Part shown: in pieces, positions 58,065-64,000 of the stretch
Numbering within the stretch: the stretch's first letter is position 1
Layout: each line of letters begins with the position of its first letter
Assembly: GCA_016793115.1 (NCBI GenBank)
Contig: JAEUIN010000306.1
Coordinates: 6,218 to 70,217, forward strand
DNA from: Planctomycetaceae bacterium
Lineage (GTDB): Bacteria > Planctomycetota > Planctomycetia > Pirellulales > PNKZ01
Direction of reading: 5' to 3'
DNA: 64,000 nt
Notes under the pieces: generated by a model
Databases searched by the model: none
What the model was told of the DNA's origin: nothing
What the model saw: the letters and a program-made list of their open reading frames with translations, nothing else
Translations under genes and position numbers: made by a program

Positions 58065-59186
58065 ATGGACGACGACGGCGCCGATTCTTCGCTCTTGGCT
58101 AAGCTGCGCCTGTCGCTCACCGACGGCATCGGTCCGAAGCTCACTCAGTCCCTGCTGGAGCGTTTCGGCTCGGCGGAGGAAATCTTCGCCGCGTCGCAAG
58201 AGGAACTGTTGAGCGTACCAGGTATTGGTCCGAAGCTGGCGGATTCCGTTTTGCGCGCGCGGAGCGAAGTCGATCCGGCGGAAGAACTCGCAGCATGCCG
58301 TTCCGCCGGCGTCGCGGTCGTGGCCCGCGGCACGCCGCAATACCCGAGTTGGCTGGCGTCGATCGTCGATCCGCCGACGGTGCTCTACGTGCAAGGCACG
58401 ATCAAGCCGCAAGATGCCGTGGCCGTGGCGATCGTCGGCTCGCGACACGCCACCAGCTACGGCACTCAGGTCGCCGAGCGACTCGGCCAAGCTCTCGCGC
58501 GGGCCGGAGTCACGGTCGTGAGCGGTCTGGCTCGAGGGATCGATGCTGCGGCTCATCGCGGGGCCCTCGACGCCGGCGGACGGACTTTCGCCGTTCTCGG
58601 CTCCGGGCTTGCAAAGATTTATCCCCCCGAGCACAAAGCGCTCGCCGCCGAAGTGGTCAATCAAGGCGCGCTGCTTAGTGAGTCGCCGCTACGCGCCGAT
58701 CCCGTGAGCGGCGCGTTCCCGCAACGCAATCGGGTCATCGCCGGGCTTTCGCTCGGCGTCGTCGTTGTGGAAGCGGCGTTTCGTAGCGGTGCGTTGATCA
58801 CCGCCAAGCACGCCATGGAACAAGGGCGCGACGTGTTCGCCGTGCCCGGTCGGATCGATAGCCGCATGTCGCACGGGTGTCATCAACTATTGCGCGACGG
58901 TGCAAAACTCGTCGAGTCGGTCGACGACATTCTCGAAGAACTTGGACCCCTGCCCGAGGCGGCAAAACGCGAAGACGGCCCGCCTGTCCATAAGCCCGCT
59001 GAACTCCTGCTCAATGCGAATGAGAAGCTTGTGCTCACGGCGATCGGCGAAGGACGTACCACGACGGTCGACGAACTCATCGCCTGCTCCGGCCTCGCGG
59101 TGGCGCAGGTCCTGACGACCCTGAGCGTTCTCGAAATGCGCCGGCTCGTTAAACGGGTCGGCGGCAATGCCGTGATGCGGATCTAA
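58065..59186 (+). CDS. dprA: DNA-processing protein DprA (Smf)
   Basis: SAM-like N-terminus, Rossmann core with VSGLARGIDAAAHRGAL and SGALITA..A.EQGRDVFAVPG, and a winged-helix C-terminus. Confidence 0.92.
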   Translation: MDDDGADSSLLAKLRLSLTDGIGPKLTQSLLERFGSAEEIFAASQEELLSVPGIGPKLADSVLRARSEVDPAEELAACRSAGVAVVARGTPQYPSWLASIVDPPTVLYVQGTIKPQDAVAVAIVGSRHATSYGTQVAERLGQALARAGVTVVSGLARGIDAAAHRGALDAGGRTFAVLGSGLAKIYPPEHKALAAEVVNQGALLSESPLRADPVSGAFPQRNRVIAGLSLGVVVVEAAFRSGALITAKHAMEQGRDVFAVPGRIDSRMSHGCHQLLRDGAKLVESVDDILEELGPLPEAAKREDGPPVHKPAELLLNANEKLVLTAIGEGRTTTVDELIACSGLAVAQVLTTLSVLEMRRLVKRVGGNAVMRI

Positions 59187-59941
59187 TCGAAGCGCCGCAC
59201 CGCGACGATCGCCGGCGTGTAATCGCGGACGTCCCACTCGTCGGGTTCCGGTAATTTTGCGGCGTCGAACTGCTTGTCATATTCGACGACGAACAGGCTC
59301 CGCGGCGGCGCCATCGCGCGAAGGTCGTCGAGAAGTTGCAGCAGGTCTTGCTCGCGCGAAGCGTAGAATTCGTACGGCGGCGAGCAGAACACGGTCCACG
59401 GCGTCGGCGGCGCGTACGGATCAGCAGGCGGCGGTGCGAGTGTGCGGCCGTCGCGACGCAACATGCGGACTTGCAAAAACGTATCACCCGCCGTAACGGT
59501 CCCGCGCGTTTCCAGCCCCAACGCGCGCAAGTTCTCGCGGATCAGATCGGCCGTCGGAAAGTGCTTCTCCAAAAACACCCCTTGCACGGCGCCTCGGCTC
59601 AGCGCTTCGATGCCCAGCGCGCCGGTTCCCGCGAACAGGTCGACGACGAACGTTCCGGCCACTTGAGTGCCGACGAGATTGAAGACAGCCTCACGAACGC
59701 GCTCTTTCATCGGCCGGGTGCGGACATCCCCGCTGTAGGCGAGCTTGCTGCGCCGAAGCGAACCGCCGATGACGCGAAGCCCGGCGACGCCGGGCGGTTC
59801 CTTCTCATCGCCTTTTGCGGGTCGCGAATCGTCGGGTTTCGAGCGCGAAGCACGTTGCTCGCGTCGCTCGGGTCGTCGTTTCTTTCCCAAGCCGGCACCG
59901 CTTTGAATGGAGGAATCGTGTGCGTCGCGCTCGCAGGTCAT
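59183..59941 (-). CDS. rsmD: RsmD-family 16S rRNA (guanine-N2)-methyltransferase with a basic N-terminal extension
   Basis: RVIGGSLRRSKL, DLFAGTGALGIEALSRGA and the PPY motif (CSPPYEF). An extra N-terminal K/R/E-rich stretch of about 55 aa. 4-nt convergent overlap with dprA. Confidence 0.85.
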   Translation of the reverse strand: MTCERDAHDSSIQSGAGLGKKRRPERREQRASRSKPDDSRPAKGDEKEPPGVAGLRVIGGSLRRSKLAYSGDVRTRPMKERVREAVFNLVGTQVAGTFVVDLFAGTGALGIEALSRGAVQGVFLEKHFPTADLIRENLRALGLETRGTVTAGDTFLQVRMLRRDGRTLAPPPADPYAPPTPWTVFCSPPYEFYASREQDLLQLLDDLRAMAPPRSLFVVEYDKQFDAAKLPEPDEWDVRDYTPAIVAVRRFD

Positions 59942-60059
59942 TTCCGCGCGAAGCCCCTTTGCCAGAACCGCGGGAATTCAATATCCTGCTGGTTTGGCCG
60001 ATTCTGCCCGCGGCCTACGTATCGTATCGCGCTCGATTTCCGTGGGGAAGGAACCTAGC

Positions 60060-61304
60060 ATGTTCGCTCGTATCGCCGCCGCCGCATTGCTGATGAGCCT
60101 GACTGCGACCACGTTCGGGCAATTGCCGACCGGTCCAAGTTTGACGCCGCCTGCGAACGATGAAGCGGCAAAGCCGGCCGAGAAGGTGACGAGCGGCTCG
60201 CCGGAGTTCGACAAGCTGCTGACGCAGTGGGACGAACTACGCGACCAAATGTATCAGGCGCAGGTCGACTACAAGCTCGCGAAGCCGGCCGATCGGGCTC
60301 CGCTCGAAGAGAAGTTCGCCAAGCTCAAAGCGGAGGGCGAAAAACTGCGACCGGAATTGCTCAAGGCAGCCGAGGCCGGTTTGAAAGCCAATCCGAAAGG
60401 AACGGCTTTCCTCACATTCCTGGCTTCGACGGCTACCGGCTTGTTCAACGCCGATCGCTACGACGAAGCGTTGGCGATCGCCGAAAAATTGATCGCGGCG
60501 GACTATGAAAACAAACGCATCTACAATCTCGCCGGCAAGGCGGCGTTTGATTTGAACGATTTCGAAAAAGCCGAGAAATACTTGAAAATCGCCGAGCAAA
60601 ACTCGGCCCTCGACGGCGTCGCCGAAGACTATCTGAAGCTCATTCCGGCCTACAAACCATTGTGGAAAAAAGAGCAAGAATTACGTACCGCCGAAGAAAA
60701 GGTCGCGGGCGACGCGGCCAAAGCATTGCCCCGCGTGCTGATCAAGACCAATGAAGGTGACATCGTCGTCGAACTTTTCGAGAATGAAGCTCCGCAAACA
60801 GTCGGCAACTTCATCAATTTGGTCGAAAAGGGATTCTACAACGGTACCACGTTTCATCGCGTGATCCGTGAGTTCATGGCGCAGGGAGGCGATCCGAAGG
60901 GGGACGGTACTGGTGGTCCGGGTTACGAAATCCTCGACGAAGCCGACAAGCCGAACCATCGACTTCACTTCCGCGGCGCGTTGAGCATGGCCCACTCCAA
61001 TCGGACAAACTCCGGCGGTTCTCAATTCTTTCTGACCTTCCGACCGACGCCGCACCTTGACGGCAAATCCATCGATGCCGAGAACCAAGGCCTACCGCAT
61101 ACCGTGTTCGGCCGCGTTGTCGACGGGTTTGACGTGCTTGCTAAGTTGAACCGTCGGGACCGGCCTTTCGCGGCCCACGGCGAAACACCCGGCCCCCTGC
61201 CGCCGGCCGACAAGATTATTGAAGCCAAGGTTTTGCGTAAGCGGAACCACGCCTATGAGCCGACGAAGGTCGAGGCTCCCAAAGCGAACCCGGCCACGCC
61301 GTAA
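60060..61304 (+). CDS. Secreted cyclophilin-type peptidyl-prolyl isomerase with an N-terminal helical (TPR-like) domain
   Basis: Signal peptide and C-terminal FHRVIREFMAQGGDP...GGPGY...GALSMAHS...NSGGSQFFLTF cyclophilin signatures. Confidence 0.9.
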   Translation: MFARIAAAALLMSLTATTFGQLPTGPSLTPPANDEAAKPAEKVTSGSPEFDKLLTQWDELRDQMYQAQVDYKLAKPADRAPLEEKFAKLKAEGEKLRPELLKAAEAGLKANPKGTAFLTFLASTATGLFNADRYDEALAIAEKLIAADYENKRIYNLAGKAAFDLNDFEKAEKYLKIAEQNSALDGVAEDYLKLIPAYKPLWKKEQELRTAEEKVAGDAAKALPRVLIKTNEGDIVVELFENEAPQTVGNFINLVEKGFYNGTTFHRVIREFMAQGGDPKGDGTGGPGYEILDEADKPNHRLHFRGALSMAHSNRTNSGGSQFFLTFRPTPHLDGKSIDAENQGLPHTVFGRVVDGFDVLAKLNRRDRPFAAHGETPGPLPPADKIIEAKVLRKRNHAYEPTKVEAPKANPATP

Positions 61305-61345
61305 CGGCGTGTCGCCAATCTCCCGCTCTTACGCCGAGTTCTCCA

Positions 61346-61385
61346 GGCTCGCCGCAGACCCCCCGAGGTTGCGTCGAGCCTTTTT
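61346..61385 (+). terminator. Probable rho-independent terminator after the PPIase gene
   Basis: GGCTCGCCGCA...TGCGTCGAGCC forms an interrupted stem followed by TTTTT (61381-61385). Confidence 0.55.
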
Positions 61386-61690
61386 CGTTGACCTTGGTCA
61401 TTTTGCCACGCCTTGCCGCCGCTTCGTCGTCAAAAAAATGCGATTGAGTTAGCGGATTCGGTGGGGGCGCGCCTCCACTGGCCGCCAGAATGTGCGGGCA
61501 CTGATGACAACTGCGCCCCTGGAGTAACTTATAAGCTCCGCGGTTTGGCTGCCGGTCCGCCGCCTTCGAACGTCGGCCCAGCCAAGTGAATTCACAAGTC
61601 CCGGCAGGCTCGTTGCTTACGTCCGCTCCTACGAACTTTTTTGTGGAAAAGCTGTCACTTACCAGGTTCAAAAAACACGATATTAGATTC

Positions 61691-61719
61691 TTGACACTAT
61701 TAGATTACCTGAATATTCT
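61691..61719 (+). promoter_or_regulatory. Near-consensus sigma-70-type promoter (TTGACA-17 nt-TATTCT) in an AT-rich island upstream of the LysR gene
   Basis: TTGACA at 61691-61696, a 17-nt spacer, and TATTCT at 61714-61719. Flanked or overlapped by two TATTAGATT direct repeats (61681-61689 and 61698-61706). Confidence 0.5.
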
Positions 61720-61815
61720 CTTATCCGATCGGCAAATACTGCTTCTACTTATTATTGCCTGCTATGAACTTGGCGGGCCAATCGTGCGGCCGCAGTCGCA
61801 TGCGGATTTGATAGC

Positions 61816-62829
61816 GTGCACCTCAAAGGTCTCAAAGTTTTCTGCGATGTCGTTCAGCAGCGGAGCTTCTCGCGCGCCGCCGATGAGAACGGCATCTCTC
61901 AATCGGGAGCCAGCCAACTGGTGCAGCAGTTGGAAGACCATCTCGGCGTGCGCCTCATAGATCGTTCGAAACGTCCCTTCGTGCTCACTCCCGAAGGCGA
62001 CTTGTTCTATAGCCAGTGCCGAGAAATCGTCTCCCGTTACTTCGCCTTGGAAGAAAAGGTCCGCACGATGCACCAAGAGGTCATCGGGCGAGTCCGCGTC
62101 GCGGCGATTTATTCGGTCGGCCTGCACCTGATGGCCGACTACATCGGTTCGTTCATGAGCGCCTTCTCCAAGGCCAACGTTCGGCTTGAGTACCTGCATC
62201 CCCATCGAGTCTACGAATCGGTCGAAGACGACGTCGCCGACATCGGCCTGGTGAGCTATCCGAAGTCGTCTCGCACGATCGACGCCATCGAATGGCGCGA
62301 AGAGAAGATGGTGTTGGCCTGCGCGCCGCAGCATCCATTGGCTCGCCGGCCGAAGATCGCGATCAATGAACTGCACGGCCAATCGATGGTCGGCTTCGAC
62401 AGTGAACTGACGATTCGTCGCGAGATCGATCGCGTGCTCAATGCTCACCACGCCGAAGTGATCGTGCAGATGGAGTTCGACAACGTCGAAACGATCAAGC
62501 GGGCCGTGGAGATCAACACGGGAGTCGCCCTCTTGCCCGAGCCTTCGATTCGTCGGGAAGTCGATTCCGGGTCGCTCGTGAGCGTTCCGCTTGATACGGA
62601 TGAACTCGTTCGCCCGTTGGGCATCATCGTTCGTCGCGGTAAGGAGTTGAGCGTCACGGCTCAACGGTTCATCGAACACTTGCAACGGCAAGGTTCCGCC
62701 GAGGCGGGCGAAGCGGCCCCGGCGGCGTCGGCCGAGAGCCCGTCCAACGGCCACGCCAACGGCGCCTCGCACGTCGCTTCGCCCGTCGCCGGTTCCGCCG
62801 CGACGTCTTCCAAAACAGCCACAGTTTAA
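61816..62829 (+). CDS. LysR-family transcriptional regulator with an Ala/Ser-rich C-terminal tail
   Basis: N-terminal HTH (FSRAADENGISQSGASQLVQQLEDHLGVRLIDRS) plus a LysR substrate-binding domain. GTG start. Confidence 0.92.
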   Translation: MHLKGLKVFCDVVQQRSFSRAADENGISQSGASQLVQQLEDHLGVRLIDRSKRPFVLTPEGDLFYSQCREIVSRYFALEEKVRTMHQEVIGRVRVAAIYSVGLHLMADYIGSFMSAFSKANVRLEYLHPHRVYESVEDDVADIGLVSYPKSSRTIDAIEWREEKMVLACAPQHPLARRPKIAINELHGQSMVGFDSELTIRREIDRVLNAHHAEVIVQMEFDNVETIKRAVEINTGVALLPEPSIRREVDSGSLVSVPLDTDELVRPLGIIVRRGKELSVTAQRFIEHLQRQGSAEAGEAAPAASAESPSNGHANGASHVASPVAGSAATSSKTATV

Positions 62830-62885
62830 ATTTTTCCCGCGACGGCAAGCCGCCCGCCGTCGCCGCGTCCGAGGAGCGTCGTTTC

Positions 62886-64000
62886 ATGACACAACATCCC
62901 CATCACCAACGCCCGCAGCAGGCTCTGAAGAACCAAGGGCTGCCGCCGCGCGAGGGCCTCTACGATCCGGAAAACGAGCACGACGCGTGCGGCGTCGGCT
63001 TTGTCGTCGACATCAAGGGTCGCAAAAGTCACGAGATCGTCCGTAGCGGCTTGGAGATTCTCGTCAATCTCACGCATCGGGGAGCCACCGGTTGCGATCC
63101 CCTCACCGGCGACGGCGCAGGCATTCTCACGCAGATTCCGCATGACTTTTTCGCGGCCAAGTGCGGCGAACTCGGCATCAAGCTCCCCGAGCAAGGCGAC
63201 TACGGGCTCGGCTTCGTCTTCTTGCCGAACGATCCCGAGGAGCGCAAGTGGTGCGTCGATCTGTTCGAGAAGTTCATCGCCGAAGAAGGTCAAACGCTGC
63301 TCGGCTGGCGCGACGTCCCGGTCGACAACGAACACATCGGTTGGAGCGCCCGCGACGTCGAGCCGGTGATGAAGCAAGTCTTCATCGCTCGCGGCAAAGA
63401 TACCCCGCGCGACATGCTCGAATGGAAGCTGTTCGTAATTCGCAAGCGGCTCGAAGTGGCCGTCTACGACAGCGACCTGAAGCAAAAAAAGTACTGCTAC
63501 CTGCCGAGCTTGTCGACGCGCACGGTCGTCTACAAGGGGCTGATGCTGGCCGAGCAAGTCGAGCGGTTTTTTCTCGACTTGGCCGACGAGCGGTTCGTCT
63601 CCGCGTTGGCCCTCGTCCATCAGCGCTACAGCACGAACACGTTTCCCACTTGGGATCTTGCGCACCCGTTCCGCTTTTTCGCCCACAACGGCGAAATCAA
63701 CACGCTGCGCGGCAACGTCAATTGGATGCGGGCTCGCCAAGCTCTGTTGGCGAGCGAGAAGTACGGTCCGGACTTGCATAAAGTGTTGCCGATCTACACG
63801 ACCGGCGGCAGCGACTCGGCCAATTTCGACAACGTGCTTGAGTTACTGGTCGTCACCGGCCGCTCGTTGCCCGAAGCGATGAGCATGATGGTGCCGGAGC
63901 CGTGGGCCGGTCATGAGAGTATGAGCGACGAGAAAAAGGCCTACTACGAATACAAGGCCTGCCTCATGGAGCCGTGGGACGGTCCCGCCTCGATGGCGTT
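62886..64000 (+). CDS. gltB: Glutamate synthase large subunit, N-terminal part (continues beyond window)
   Basis: Not in the ORF track because no stop is reached. ATG 62886 follows GAGGAG. Translation ...EHDACGVGFVVDIKGRKSHEIV...HRGATGCDP.TGDGAGIL...HQRYSTNTFPTWDLAHPFRFFAHNGEINTLRGN is the Ntn-amidotransferase domain of GltB. Confidence 0.95.
   Translation, partial: MTQHPHHQRPQQALKNQGLPPREGLYDPENEHDACGVGFVVDIKGRKSHEIVRSGLEILVNLTHRGATGCDPLTGDGAGILTQIPHDFFAAKCGELGIKLPEQGDYGLGFVFLPNDPEERKWCVDLFEKFIAEEGQTLLGWRDVPVDNEHIGWSARDVEPVMKQVFIARGKDTPRDMLEWKLFVIRKRLEVAVYDSDLKQKKYCYLPSLSTRTVVYKGLMLAEQVERFFLDLADERFVSALALVHQRYSTNTFPTWDLAHPFRFFAHNGEINTLRGNVNWMRARQALLASEKYGPDLHKVLPIYTTGGSDSANFDNVLELLVVTGRSLPEAMSMMVPEPWAGHESMSDEKKAYYEYKACLMEPWDGPASMA

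Noticed and set aside
61216-61671. 151-aa minus-strand ORF spanning the PPIase 3' end and the LysR upstream region
   Set aside because: It overlaps the PPIase coding end and terminator, has no RBS or recognisable domain, and has composition typical of a chance ORF.

Overview
This is a high-GC (about 60-65% by eye) chromosomal segment. Its gene content and style fit a Planctomycetota (Pirellulales-like) genome: many GTG/TTG starts, long signal peptides, DUF1080, PQQ-propeller and secreted FAD-oxidoreductase proteins, ECF sigma/anti-sigma pairs, and Arg-rich shadow ORFs antisense to real genes. I call about 55 protein-coding genes and saw no rRNA, tRNA, CRISPR array, transposase or integrase. 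Main blocks in order: (1) a partial DUF559 gene and a two-gene membrane unit; (2) a Tad/Flp-type pilus locus at 3.4-11.6 kb (a divergent flp-like pilin, then cpaA-tadE-cpaB-tadG-cpaF-tadB-tadC) with a non-canonical gene set; (3) a PQQ-propeller protein, a small lipoprotein and a gluconolactonase; (4) an envelope-signalling cluster at 15.2-19.4 kb (a mucin-like double-PDZ protein, ECF sigma, anti-sigma and a PDZ/coiled-coil protein); (5) a low-GC islet carrying an orphan lipoprotein; (6) housekeeping and nitrogen metabolism genes scattered through the rest (argG, carB, argH, hemA, rpsA-like S1, rhlE, dprA, rsmD, a cyclophilin, and LysR followed by gltB), interspersed with an RND efflux pair, a 10-TPR protein, hydrolases and a truncated haemoglobin; (7) a large HEAT-like protein carrying a degenerate receiver domain, translationally coupled to a sigma-54 enhancer-binding protein that has no regulatory domain. 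The most interesting candidates are the atypical Tad locus (long Cys-containing pilin, CpaB with a Gly-Trp/Tyr tail, no secretin or TadZ), the protease-less PDZ/ECF module, the pseudo-receiver/EBP pair, and a dense TGCGCATCTATTC repeat array upstream of an amidohydrolase. All functional calls rest on motifs I recognise in the translations; no database search was run.
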